From the NCBI GenBank assembly GCA_039621445.1, contig CP154954.1, positions 48,029,847 to 48,093,846 of the forward strand: DNA of 64,000 bases, written 5' to 3'. The stretch is from Euglena gracilis (Eukaryota). The notes beneath the pieces are model-generated. The model was not told the DNA's origin. It worked only from the letters and a program-made list of their open reading frames with translations, and searched no databases. The position numbers and the translations under genes are program-made. The stretch's first letter is position 1. Each line of letters opens with the position of its first letter. This document shows positions 13,496 to 26,660 of the stretch, in pieces.

Positions 13496-14722
13496 TACAT
13501 AAAAATCGTCCATGTCACCCGGATACACTGTGTATCCGGGTTCTAAGCGCCGAAGGCGCTTAGAACCCAGGCTCACGGTGTATCCGGGTTACAATGGACG
13601 ATTTTTATATATATCCGTGGACTAAGAGGCCCAAAACACAGACTGTGTTTCATGGAAACGCAAGGTCTACCCCATACGTTTTTCAATTTTTGGTCAAAAT
13701 GGATGTCCCCGAAAACACACCGTGTATCCGGGGACTCTCAGTCCACGAAACACAAGGTGTGTCCAGTCCACGAAAACACACCCTGTGTTTCGTGGACTGA
13801 ATTTTTTAAAAAATTGAACAGAATCATAGAAAATATGTCCCTCTAGTGACTAGAGGGACATATTTTCTATGAAGGCTATTCCTCGCCTTCCAGGACTAGA
13901 GTCTAGTCCTGGAAGGCGAGGAATAGCCTTCAGGCCAAGTTATTGGGGGCACTTTGGGGGGGGGGGCGGCGCCGAAGGCTCCCGGCCCCCTCCCAAAGGC
14001 CCCCACAATGCTTGGCCTGAAGGCATTTTTGGCTTAGAGCATGAAGGTGTGGCGTGGCGACGTTTTACCACATTTCGCTGCATGCCTTGCAGTTTTCTCT
14101 CTCTGAAATGAAGGGGAAAAAACGGCAAACAGTGCGGACCGCTTGCTCCCCCGACCCCTGAAACCTGATGAACTGGTTGCCACATTGCAAAAGAATTCGG
14201 TTGATTTGCAGCAGGGCTTTGCTGTCGACCCAATACACGGTACGCTGTTGGCCACCGCGTTGGAAGCGAAACCAACGGGAACCGCAAAGGCTGAGCGTAC
14301 AGCTGTTGCACGCCTGTTGGATTTCCATCAGGTGTGTACCCATCTGAACACTCAGTATGAGGACCTGGATGGTTGTTTCTTCTGCGTGGGCTGGTTGGGT
14401 CAATGACCCCGTTTATTTGTTTGATGTGGTTGCCCTTGTCAGACAAGCTGAGCAACAGCGCCGAGCACAGTGTGGCACGACGTTCAGTTTCGAGGCAAAC
14501 CTGCCTTCCACTGTCCGGGGCTATTTCAACTCTCTCGCACGGGTGTTCACATCCGTGTGTGTGTGTGTCCAGTCCACAAAAACACACCCTGTGTTTAGTG
14601 GACTGCCAGTCCCAGAAACACAGGGTGTGTTTTCATGGACATGGACTGGACACACACTGTGTTTCGTGGACTCGGTCCACAAAACACAGTGTGTGTTTTG
14701 GGCCTCAGTCCACGGATATATG
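13496..14722 (+). mobile_element. Hairpin-ended element, subfamily A
   Basis: Imperfect ~50 bp-stem hairpin 13499-13608 with GCGCC-GAA-GGCGC apex. IR ATATATCCGTGGACT at ~13609 and 14707-14721. Contains a gene fragment homologous to those in B, D and E. Confidence 0.75.
14119..14552 (+). pseudogene. N-terminal fragment of the putative YR protein (subfamily A), frameshifted
   Basis: KTANSADRLLPRP...VDPIHGTLLA...YEDLDG / WAGW...STVRGYFNSLARVF aligns by eye with the 26822 and 32217 ORFs. Confidence 0.7.
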
Positions 14723-15384
14723 AAATTGTTTTGTGAATGTGATGGAGACATTTGTCAAAAAAAGATCGTTCTGGAATCCAAAATGCCTTAGAATAATACC
14801 CTGTGGGCCGAAGGTAAGTCTTCAAGCGGCGAAGGGAGGAAAAGGAGCGTTCAGCGGTTGCAGAGGTTACAGGAATGGTGAGACAGAGTCAAACCAGAAG
14901 GATACTCAAGGGTAGAACGGACCGGATAGCTTTTGGCGGGGAATTCACTTTTTCTCCAAAAAAACAACAAAAAACCACTGTCTGTCTGTCTGTCCGTCTA
15001 TCTGTCTCTTTGTCTGTTTGTCTATCTATCTGTCTGTCTGTCTGTCCGTCTCACACACACCACTTGGAAAAAATTGGGAAGTGGACACCCAAACCATCCA
15101 ACTTGACTTTAGCAAAAAAAAACAGTTCTATTTTACTTGACACTTGTCTTGAACACCCTGGCTCCTGTGCAAGTGCGGAGGAATTCAACAACATCAGCAT
15201 AACTCTTCAAGATGACATTCATTCATTCTTCAAGATGACATTCTTCTGCTTGCAAATGTCAACCAAACAGCTGCTTTGTATCGAAATGTACCCCCCCCCT
15301 AATTCATTTACGGGGGGATGGTAAGCAACTGCATAGACATGCACCATTTGCCACTCGAACTGAAGTGAAGTGGGTTGATCGATG

Positions 15385-15545
15385 TCATGCCAACATCTTG
15401 TCCAATGACTCGGTGCCGCCAAACAGGAGAAACTTCTCCACGTCCACAATGTGCTTGGCTGCATGACCCTCAATGAAACGTTCAGAGATCTTCATCAAAG
15501 TTGCATCCAAATATGCAGTGTATTTTTCATTGAACTCCTTGCTGT
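15385..15545 (-). pseudogene. Possible hAT transposase C-terminal relic
   Basis: YTAYLDATLMKISERF resembles the Y..LD.....RF motif of ZMYM1-like hAT transposases. Confidence 0.35.
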
Positions 15546-16439
15546 TGGGGGGGGGTATTATTTCGGCGGCCGAAGTCGGACCCCAAGGGGGGGGGGGTAT
15601 TATTTGGGGGGGGGGTATTATTTGGGGGGGGGGGTTATTTGGGGAGGGTTTAACTCGGGGGGGGGGGGGCACGGTATCTTGCAAAATGAAGCAAAACCAA
15701 AGAAATGTCCGGAGACCTAAAGTGAAGTCATGGCTCCCCCCCCACGCCCCCCCCATGCCCCCCCCCCCCGACCCCCCGTGCGCCCCCCCCACCACCCAAC
15801 TCTCAACCCGATTTGGGATTCCAAAAAGTACAAAAAAATTGCATTAATTCAGAATTTACCGCTCAATTAGGAATCAAAAGTGTGGAAAAAATCGTCCCAA
15901 AATCCTTATTGGACCTTTTTTGGACCGAAAATAGCACACAAATTCCTACCATGGACCCCCCCTTACTGTTCCCCCCCTTACTGTTCCCATAGGGGGGACG
16001 GGAACAGTACAGTGTCAGGGCACTTTTTCTAAAGGATTGTTGGAACAAGGAGAGAAAAAAATATTTTTTGTCGGTTTTAGGTGCTCTCATTCCCATCAAA
16101 CTCCAAACCAACACCAAAATGTATGTTGTGGAAATGCAATTTTCAAGCATGTGAACCATAAAAGCTTCATTTTGGCATTTTTGGTGGCCTTTTGGGTCTA
16201 AATTGGTTGGTTAGTTCATGGCAGTAAGGGGGGGGGAAGCTCATCCCCCCCCTTACTGTTCTCATGGGCCCAAAAGGGGGCCACAGGACGGGAACAGTAA
16301 GGGGGGGTCATGGTAATTGGGGTCTAAAATTAGAGGAAAGAATACGACACACAAATCACGCATGACCTTCCGCGAAACCCATTTCCCCCCGCGACCCCCC
16401 CCCGTGACCCTCCCCGCGACCCCCTTGACCATTGGCCAA

Positions 16440-19062
16440 TACCACCCCCCCCCCTTATTGTCCCCCCCCTATTGTCCCTGGCCATTTTCCGCAAAGATTT
16501 TTTTTACATTGTTTCTCTTTTTGTTGTTTCTCTTTTTTTGCAGCCATGGCTCCCAAAATGCGCCAGACGGTGCTGTCTTTCAAGCCGGTCGCTGTCTTCC
16601 CCGACAGCCGGCGTGAGGGAGCTGTGGTGATTCCGAAGCCCGTCGATCGGGTTTCGGATGAGCAAACTGCACCTCCTGATGCTGTTCCCCTTCGAAAGGC
16701 CAAACGTTTCCTCCCGTATTCCACTAAGAATGAGATCGTGAAATTTCGGGCCACTCATTCTTTGGCGGAAACCAGCGCCCAGAGCTAGGCAGATCCAGGT
16801 GCAACAAATCCTCTGCAATGCATTTTTCAACCCCATGGGGGTGGTGCGGGTCACGGGGGGGGTCACGGGGGGGGGGGGTCACGGGGGGGGGTCACGGGGG
16901 AAGTATGCCACTTTGGAGGTGGTCGGGAGGCAGCATCCATGTTGTTGCATCCCATCACGAGAAGGGCGGCACGCATCCTAAAATCGATTTTTGGGCCCAA
17001 AAAGTAATCATTTTTGGCCATTTTTGGGCCATTTTTGAACAAAAAAAATGCCTTTTGGTTTGAAAGTGGTTATTTTTGGGTGATTTTACGTCCAAAATTG
17101 GTCATTTTTTCATTTTTTTGAAAAGGAATTTTTTAGGATTTTCTTGACCGTTACATTTTTTGGGATGCATTTTGGGCCATTTTTGAAAAAATGGCCCAAA
17201 ATGGCTATTTTTGAAGGGGGGGAAAAAAAGCCAAAAAATTCTGTTTCTGTTGCAGAAATGCAGCAATTTCTGGAACTTTTTTTAGGGGACAAGATTTTTG
17301 GCCATTTTGGGGTGTGGAGGTGCGTTGGATGTTGGGTGCCAAAAAGGGGTTTGGTTGTCCAAATGGAAGGTGGGGTGAGGACAATTATTTTCTGTTTTGG
17401 GGGGGTTTTCTTCCACAAAAATTTCATGTTTCCCCTCCCCCTTTTTGCGATGAAATTCTTTCCTACTTGCGCAATCTCCCTTTTGCCAATGTTTTGGGTC
17501 AAATTGGCCCCGAGCGAGAAATTGGTGATGGACTTTTTGGTGGTTCGCTAGCGACTAGTCGCTAGGGTCGCTAGCGACTATTCGCTAGTGACCATTGGTG
17601 GTCGGAACGACTAGTCGCTCCGACCACCAATTTTAAGTCCACCCCCCCTTCAAAAAAGTTTCAAACACCCAAACGCCTTCCAAACCCTCCATTCGGGGGT
17701 CAATTTACAAAAAAAATTGAGTAATTCTCTTTGTTCTCTCTGTTCTGTGAAACCATAGCCATAGCGCGACTTTATCCTTACCTTGCACACATAAGACTAC
17801 GGAGCGCGACTCGGCCATCCTTGCCTTGCACACACAAGGGGATTGTGTTATTTTGGGCGGGGGGTCCGGGGGGGGCAGCAGCCCCCCCCCCCCGGAGGAG
17901 GCCATAGGGAGCGCAATTCGGCCATCCTTGCCTTCCACACATTGCAAATTAACCCCGAAAATTAAACCCCAAATGGAGGTTTTGGAAGGTATTTGGGTAA
18001 AAATTTTGGAGGGGGGCTTAAAAATTTTTTTAGAGGGAGGGTAAACTTAAAATTGGTGGTCGGCCCGACCACCAATGGTCAGTAGACTTGGTCGCTAGCG
18101 ACTAGTCGCTAGCGACCACCAAAAAGTCCATCACCAATTTCCCGCAATGAGCCGGTCAAATTCATACGGCAAAGAAGCGCCATTGTTTGGGTCGAAATTT
18201 TTTTCACCTCAAATCTTGGCATTTCTTTCCATTTTTAGACCATGTCAAGGCAAATTTTCGATGGTTTGAACAAGAAAATTGATGAAAAGCGACCAAAAAC
18301 GCCACCTACATCAAAAAGCAGGCTGAAATGATGAATGAAAAGAAAGGCTGAAGTGATGAAGGTTGATGCATTGTATGAAAATTGAAGGCTCGATTCTCGG
18401 GTCACGGGCGGGTCACGGGGGGGGGTCACGGGGGGGGGGGGACAGGCCGGAGAGACGTTTGCGAAGCCGGGGAGAGAGCTGCTGTTGGACTGGGTCTTGG
18501 AGGCTTGGGAGGCAGTGACGGAGGCCATGGTCCAACGGGGGATGCAGGAGCTGATTGTGAACTTTGCGGTGAAGTCTGACCCAGCCATTCCACCGGTCCC
18601 TGTGGCAGCACCCCTGCCTCCTTCTCCTCCCAATGATGAGTAGCAAACTGCCGCTTTGTCTGTGTTGGACACCATGGAAGGCCAGGATGTTCCTCGTGTA
18701 GATGCACCCGATGAAGAGGGTTCGGGTAATGAACCTGAGCACTCGGAGGGTTCTGAGAATTGTGATGGCAGTCCTCCAATCCAAGCCTACTGTGTGTATC
18801 GTGTGTGAAAGGCCGCTTCGTACCTAACCACCAAATGTGGTTAGGTGCCTCCGCTGTGGAATTTCGTTCCACAGTGGCTGCATGGCTGTGGCTGCATGAC
18901 TTCTTCCGGTCAGTGCAGCTTCTGCCCTTAGGCCACCATGACCTGGTGTGTGGTTTTCGCTGCCCCCTGTCTTATTGTCCCTACCGTACCCCCTTATTGT
19001 CCCCCCCCTATTGTCCGTTTTCCCAGTGGGAAGGTGGTTGGGACAATAGGGGGGGGGGGGTA
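16440..19062 (+). mobile_element. Internally deleted pogo-like transposon with nested inserts
   Basis: TA-CCACCCCCCCCCTTATTGTCC-type TIRs. N-terminal HTH fragment at 16547-16788 (RFLPYSTKNEIVKF) and C-terminal fragment at 18449-18643 (KPGRELLLDWVLEAWEAVTEAMV, pogo WV..AW motif). Confidence 0.6.
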
Positions 19063-19078
19063 GGCTGACTCCCCTGGG

Positions 19079-19790
19079 CAGGGTTGGGCAATTAACCGTC
19101 ATTTTCCAAGTCAAGCGATTAACCATGGTTAATTGGGGGTCGGGGGTCGATTAACCAATTTCGATTAACCGTGCCTGTCCCTCGATTAATTTCGATTAAC
19201 TGCCACCGTATCATTTTTTTTCCCAAAAAACAAAAGTCATTTGCCTTTCTAGCTTACTTCCTCACTCCACAATTGGCCAAAAACCCCAAAAATTTGGCGT
19301 CCAGAAAATATGGTATCAAAAACAGAGTTTGCATTCAAGGTTTTTTTGAAAGAATTTTTCATCCACATTGGCATTGAACACAACCTTGCCATCTCCCTTG
19401 AAGAAATGTTCCCAAACCCGGGACACTTCTTCTTCCGACAACGAAAAAGAAGCGATTAACCGGGGGGGTCACAAGCGATTGCCCTCACCCCCCCCCCCTA
19501 TTTGGCTAATGGCCGGGCTCCTTCGGACCCCCAATTAGCCAATTGGGGGGGGGACAATTAGGGGGGGGGTTACCCCGGCCAATGGCCAATAAGCCTGACC
19601 CCCCCCTAATTGGCTCTTGGACCGTCCAACGGGACCCCCAATTAGCCAATTAGGGGGGGGGCAAATAGGGGGGGGTGAGGGTAACCGTTTTTCGATTAAC
19701 CATGGTTAATTGTCCCCCCCACAAACGAACGATTAACTAGGGGGGGGGTCACAAGCGATTAACCGTTCTTCGATTAACCATCCAACCTTG
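19079..19790. mobile_element. hAT-like MITE
   Basis: CAGGGTTGG...CCAACCTTG TIRs, many CGATTAACC subterminal repeats, imperfect 8-bp flanks. Confidence 0.65.
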
Positions 19791-21942
19791 CCTTGGGGTG
19801 GTGACATTTGTGAAAAGTGGTCGGAAAGAAAAGTAAAAAATTGTGAAATTTCGTGAAATTTCAGCGGCCGGAAATTTCAGTCACCACCCTAGACCCCCCC
19901 CACACCAATTAGCCAATTGGGAGGGGGGCATTAGGGGGGGTGAGGGTGACGGTATTTTTTCCCCGTAACTCTCCGCCAGGCCAGGTTGACGGCTTTTTTT
20001 GAAACTAAAAAACATGTTGTTTTTTGAAACAAAAAATATGTGTTTTTTTGAAAGGAAAACAAAATAAACGTCATGGAGGGTTTGGGGGGAAATTTTTTTT
20101 GAAATGTTTTTTTTCTAAAAAAGCTCATTTTTTATCTCTGCAGCTTCATTCTCTCACATGCCTCGAAGGAACGAAGACAGCGTTTGGAGGGTGTTCAACA
20201 AATTCAAGCCCCATGGGAAGTCTTACCATTGGGGGCGGTGCCAAGGATGCCTAAAGGACCAAAAAAATGACTTTAGAACTTTTGAAAAAGTCAATCTTTT
20301 ATTTTTTTAAAAAAATGTTTTTTGGTATTTTTTTTTGTTAAAAAACATGTCTTTTTTAAAAAAAACAACAATAACAACAAAAACGTCAACCTTACGCCAG
20401 GCCCAAGATTTACGTCCCAAAACATCGCGGAGCTTCCGACTTTGCCGTTTTGCAATTTTTGGACCAAAAAAAGTCGGAAAAAATCGAAAAAAAATTGCTC
20501 AAAACCTTGTTTTTTTTGGAGCCCAAGTCCCAGCCCCACCCCCCCCCCGGGGAGGGGGGCTGGGACCCCCCCTGTTCACTTCCGAACTGAACTGGACATG
20601 TTGACTTCCTGGAAGGGGGGGGGAGGGGGGGTCCGGCGCCGAAGGCGCCGAACTTTTTCTTGAAAAAGTGTCTTAATCGGTGTGCGCCGGTCATTCTGAT
20701 TTTTGGTTTTTTCTAGAAGTGAACAAGTGTAGGTACAGGTACACCGGGGGGGGTGCCACAAGGGGGGGTCGGGGGGAGGGGGGGGGGGGGGTCGCCGGCA
20801 CATGGCGGTAGACTGGGGGGGGGGTACTAACGGGTCCAAACTGCCGACTTTTAAGCCCCCCCCTGAAGAAAATCCTGTGCAAACTAGTCGGTGGCTAGTC
20901 GGTGGCCATAAAAATGGTCTGTGGCGGGCCCAAATCACCCGGAAATGGTCCGGATGGGTCCAAATAAGTGTCTTAGACCTAAATAAACACCCCCAGATGG
21001 AAATCTTTGGTCGGTGGGGGTCGGTGGGCCCTTGATGGGGGTCCGGAGGGGTAAAAAACCAATGATGAAACAGGGATTACATGAAAATCCTTTAGAAATG
21101 CAAGCATTCTGCATCACGAGAGGCAGAAAACTCCCCCTCCACCCCCATCTGAGCCTCAAACAACAAAATCCCTTCTGTGTTGGCAACATACTCGGGGGCT
21201 AAGTCGTTTTTGTGGCTCACTTTGGCATAGGCGGGGGGCCCTCCAAGTATATTGTCAACATAGAAGGGATTTTGTTATTTGAGGGGGGGTGGGGGGGCGG
21301 AGCCCCCCCCCCGCCTGTACCAAAGTGAGCCACAAAAACGACTTAGCCCCCGAGTATGTTGCCAACAGAGAAGGGATTTTGTTATTTGAGGGGGGGGGGG
21401 CGGGGGGATAAGTCCTTTTTGTGCAAATTTTTACTTATATTGAAAATCCAAAGGGGGGTCTTCGGCGTTCGGCGGAATGTTCGCCCCCCCCCCCCCGAGA
21501 AAAAATGGGTCCGGCACCTATGGTTTCGCTTGACCTGAAAAATGACGGTTAATTGCCCAACCCTGTGAGATCTAGCACCAAACTGGCCCAAAAATGTTGC
21601 CTTGAGCTAGAACAGATTTGGGGATGATAATCCCCTTTTCCCCAGGGGTAAGCTTCGCTCTTACTCTAAAGAGATAAGAACTCAGCGACCCCCCATATAC
21701 GACCCCCCCCTGGGATTTTGGCTCTGAGGGGGGGTCTTATATGGGGGGGGGGCATGGCATTTGACCCCTTAATTTAGCATTTGGGTCTGGGAAAAAATTG
21801 GGCGCCCAAGGTGCAGAAAATTTTTTCGCCCTCTCTCAAATCCGAATTTCACCTCCCTCCGACCCCCCCCTTATTGACCGCCCCAAGCGGCCGCTCGCCC
21901 CCCCCCCCCCGCCCCCCGCCCCCCACTGTGCCTAGCCTCCTA

Positions 21943-23269
21943 CCGGAGGGATGAAAATACCGCTCTGCATTATTTACCGGTTGGATTAATACCGAAGTGA
22001 TTTTTGAACGGAATTAATCCGAGCGATAACGGAGGCAGAGCGTATTTTGTCCGGTGGTATTAGGCGCAGGCTGTTCGCGAAGAAGAGCAACTCCTGATTC
22101 ACCTGTCGTTTCACACAAAATGTCGGATCACCTGTATGCCATCATTTGAACTGGTTCAAGCTGCACAGTTGGTCTCAGAGTTCCGTCCCGGACTTGTTTC
22201 AATTGGCCTGACTTCATTCTGTGCCTACAACCTTTTTCCTGAAGCTGCTGGAATCCTGTGGTCCAAGCCTCTCCACTTACAGATGGTGACCACTTCTTTA
22301 CGACCCTGGGATTCCTCGCCAGCAACACGGCCGCATCTACCCGCCACCTGTTGTCCGCCAGTCCACAAGTTACCAGAACCGCCTTCTTTCTGTATTTGGC
22401 TGTGGCCCTGTTCTGGTGCCAGTGGCTGTGCTGTGGTTGGCCCTGGCCCCCCCATGGTCCACGACGGTCATACACCGGTGGCCTGGGGATGTGCGCCTGG
22501 CCGGGCCTTTTACTGGACCACTACTCCTACATGGTCATCCACCACAGCTGCAGCAGTAAATGTCACTGGCCTGCATACTTTTTGCCTTGTGCATTGTGCT
22601 GCGTCCTTTTCCCAGTGCTGTAAAACTCTTGCCGTAAAACATTCTGGTACATCTTTCAGCCTTCCCCACCCAATTTCCCCCAGATTTGGGACCCTTCAAC
22701 TCTGAGAGGGATGTCGCCATCCCAAAAACTCGCTTCTGTGGCAGATGCCCCCGCTTGTGGGACAAGGCTCTCAGAACACTAACTGCCCCACCCCTGTCCC
22801 AGCTAAAGGAAAACGTAGTTTGGGCATCCCCCTATACCCCAAAATTTTTTAAAAAGGCAACGAAACGAATTTTTTTTTCAATTTTTTAAACCTGCTCCCC
22901 CCCCCCAGGGGCTGCATTCGGCTGCCTGGGGGGGGGGGCCGGGGGGATTGTGGGGGGTCCTGAGGGGTGTCCCTTGATTTTTTAAGACCCCAAGGCCCCG
23001 CCCCCCAAGGCGGTGAGGGGGTGAGGTGAGGGGGTTTTCCTTTCCCCACTGTTGCGGAAAAAAACATCACAAAGAACAAACACTGGATAGAAAAAGTGTT
23101 CGGCGCGGGGTTCGTGTCGTGCAAAACGCCAGCTGCATGATCACGCTTACCATACCTTGCTTTTTGAAGAGCGGAATTAATCCGCGCGGACACGCTCTGA
23201 TGGCGTGATTAATCCGTTCGGTATTTATCCCTTCGGTATTCGTGCCAGGCGGTATTTTCATCCCTCCGG
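21943..23269. mobile_element. TA-flanked TIR element (CCGGAGGGATGAAAATACCGC)
   Basis: Perfect 21-bp TIR with TA on both sides. Decayed coding-like interior. Confidence 0.8.
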
Positions 23270-23450
23270 TATGGTGAAGTTCACTATTGGGGCTCTAGAG
23301 GTGTTCTTTTGCCAAAAGTGGCCCAAAATGGACATTTTCCCCCCAATTTTTTGCATATTCACCCCGATTGGGGGGTTCTGGAGCCATTTGGGTGGGTTTT
23401 GACTGGTGTTGAGGTGATTTGGACAAAAGTTTTTTTCAGGGGGGGGACTT

Positions 23451-26221
23451 AAAAACGTGTTCAGCCCGCCAAATGCCTGCCCTGAAATTCGTGGTCATGA
23501 ACACGTTTTCCATGAGGGCATTTGTGGCAAAGACGCGTTTTCCATTAAACCCCCCCCAAAAATAAGACCCGGGTCTTATTTTTGGGTCCGTTGCTGGAAA
23601 CCTCCAGGGGGGGTCTTATTTTGGGGGGGGTCTTATTTTTGGATTTTTTCTTGACCGACCCGAGCCCGAAAAAAACATCATTTTTCAGGTTCCCAAAAAC
23701 ACTGAAAATTTTCCTTCGGCGCTTCGCGCCACATGTAAATTTGTGTAAGTTGACATTTAGCATGCTTTTTGCACTTAACACAAACGCGCGCTGGTTCTCC
23801 TAAACCCCAATGTCGAGCCTCCCTCGCGAGGATTGCGGGGTTTGTGCCGCGGCGCAGAGGGCAAATGACTGGCAGCCCAGCCTGTGTGTGAAATTTGGGT
23901 TTTTGGCAATTTCTCAGGGAAAATTTTCACTGTCAGGGGGGGACTTATTTATGGGAGGGGGTCTTATTTTTGGATTTTTGCTCGATCGGCCCAGGGGGGG
24001 TCTTATTTTGGGGGGGGGTCTTATTTTTTGGGGGGGTCTTATTTTTGGGGGGGGTTTAGGGCATCTGTGGCAATGACACGTTCTCCATTAAGGCATCTGT
24101 GGCAATGACACGTTTTCCATTAAGGCATCTGTGGCAATGGCACGTTTTCCATTAAGGCATCTGTGGCAATCAAAAAATCGCTGTCATGAAAATTCGGCGA
24201 GAGGTTGAGAGGCCGGGTGGTCCTCTACCCTAGACTAGGTAGGTCTAGACTAGACTAGACTAGACTAGGTAGGTCTAGGGGGGCACTCTACAACACAAGA
24301 AACGGCCAGAGGTTGCCTTTGAGCAATACGACAGGGAGTGTTAGACGTCACGGAAAACGACACGCTTTACACAAAAAAGAGCCATACTTTGGTGGCCGCC
24401 GCAAATCTTGGCAATGAAAATGGTATGCCAAACCGCAGGCGTCACACACCACGCTCCACACGATTTAAATTTTTGGGAATGGCAACACCACAAAAACCAC
24501 ATTTGTCCTGTTTTATAGGCAGTCGGGACACAGCACGAGGTCGGGGGGGGGGGGTTGGCGCTCTGCAAAAGGCAACACAACTCCCTTGGTCGTGGTTTTG
24601 CGGACTGCCCGAGCGACGGCATTCACGTATGTATGAAAAGAGGTTGCCGAACGATTCCCTGAAACAAATATGCTTCCCGACTGCTGCGCACGTTGAGCCA
24701 CACATTGTTCAATGACGCTCGCCTCATTGAACAACAGGCTGGGTTCCAGCTCCCATCCCGTCCAGGCAACAAAGAAATCATCCAGCTCAGGATAAGATGC
24801 TTGCCGATGTTGACACTGTTTGGCGAACTCCAAACAATTGGCAACAGTAGCAAGCTCTGCACCTACGGAGTCAGACTTTTTCTTCGTGTTGCCCTGTGCC
24901 AGCAAGGTGCCATGAAGAGGGTCAACCTTCGACTTCTTGGCATCTTGCTGGTATCCCGCGAGAGCAGCCAGGGGGGGTGTTGGGGACGCGGGGGGGACGT
25001 GGGGGGGGGGACGCGGGGGGGGGCGGGGGCGGGGGCACCACCATTCTGGGTGCTATGCTGGCATTTTTTTTGATTTTTTTTTAAAAAGCAAAAAAAAATG
25101 TTTTTTTTAAAAAGCAAATTGGCAAAAAAGGGTTGTTTTTAAAATGCAGTTTTACAATGCATTACCATCTCCTTGTTCTGCCCAACACACCTTCACACCC
25201 ATCCTATTTCTTCCATTTCTATTTTTTGGGGTACTTGTTCGCTGTATTCATCCCCAAAACCACGACCCCCAAACGGCAGACCCTAACCCTAACCCTAATC
25301 AAGGTTGTCGGCTCTTTTTTTTTGAAACAAAAAACATTTTTTTTAAAAAACATGTTTTTTTAAAAAAAATAAAAAGACGTCATAGAGGGTTTGGATGAAA
25401 GTTTTTTTCTTAAGAAAACAGTGATTTTTCATCTCTGCATCCTTCGAAGTCTGCAAAGGGTGCTGGCTTTCACAACTGCGACACCTTGCCAACCACATCT
25501 TTTTGGGATGAGGATCTGGAAAACTAAAAAACGTCACTTTTGATGACCAAAAAAATGACTTTTGACCTTTTTCCTCAAAAAAATGGCCATTTCGAAGGAA
25601 AAAGCTCAATTTTTGTTTTTTAAAACAAACATGTTTTTTTGTTGTTTTTTTGAAGAAGAAAAAAAACGTCAACCCTGACCCAAACCCTAACCCTAACCCT
25701 AATCTTAACCCAAACCCGATTCCTTAAAGAACAAAAATTGAGGGTTTGGGCTAGGGTTGGGGTTAGGGTAAGGGTTAGGTGGGGGTCGTAGGCGGGGAGC
25801 AAACAAATGTCGTTTTTTGTTGGGCAAGGATAAAATTTTGATTTCTCACTTGTTTTTGCAATGTTCTTTTCCTTTCTCCGCTCTTCATTTCATCACAGCA
25901 AGCATGCCGGGACATTGCAGAAAAGCCTCTTCAAAAAAGGACACCAAGCCACTTGGTGGGGACGCGGGGGGGGACGCGGGGGGGGGATGCGGGGGGGACA
26001 CGGGGGCACAACCCCCAGGAACAGGTCCGTCCTAGGGGGAGGTGGCAAAAGACCATTCACAAAGTTTGCCGTGCGTTTAGCCATAGTGGGAGGGCTGTGA
26101 AAAAAAAAGGGGGGGAAAGGGGGGGGGGTACCACGTTTTCCATCAGGGCATCTGTGGCAATGACACATTTTCCATTAAGGCATCTGTGGCAATGACACGT
26201 TTTCGCCACAATTTGTGTATA
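23451..26221 (-). mobile_element. Hairpin-ended element, subfamily D, copy 1 (hairpin mostly deleted)
   Basis: Begins AAAAACGTGTTCAGCC after host CTT and ends CCACAATTTGTGTATA. Empty site CTT^AAAAGTCGGCG seen at ~12306. 32-bp subterminal repeats. Gene fragment 26084-24348 on minus. Confidence 0.8.
24348..24520 (-). pseudogene. PHD finger at the C-terminus of the element gene (one frameshift)
   Basis: KCGFCG... / CDACGLAYHFHCQDLRRPPKYGSFLCKACRFP* gives the C4HC3 pattern. Confidence 0.8.
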
Positions 26222-26493
26222 AAAAGTCGGCGGTTTTGACCCGTTAGTACATTAGAGTGGGAGTCGGCCGACTAGTCGGCCGACTACCCACTACCCCCCC
26301 CCCCCCGTCTCGCCGACTAGCTACCGACCAATTGGTCAGCCGACCAAGTTGGCCGACTACCCACTACCCCCCCCCCAGTCTACCGTTTGGCACTGCGGTC
26401 GCCCCCCCCCCCGAGATTTTGGGGGAAGATTTTTTTTTTGCCTCATCGTCCTGAAACCACATTTGGTGTTTTCTTGCTTCTTGCTCACAGCCA

Positions 26494-26640
26494 ATGGATG
26501 TATCAGTGCCCAATGCATCTGCCACCTCATCTGGAAGGAAGTTCTTGAGCAGTTGGAAAAGTACATTTCCTTGGCTGATTCACGATGACCACCTTGATGC
26601 AGCATTCTGCTCCATTTGCAAAGGGGCCGTTTCTTTGCAC
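26494..26640 (+). pseudogene. TTF-type zinc finger fragment of a hAT transposase
   Basis: RKFLSSWKSTFPWLIHDDHLDAAFCSIC matches the ZnF_TTF pattern. Confidence 0.7.
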
Positions 26641-26660
26641 CTCCCATTCAGGTCCGATTT

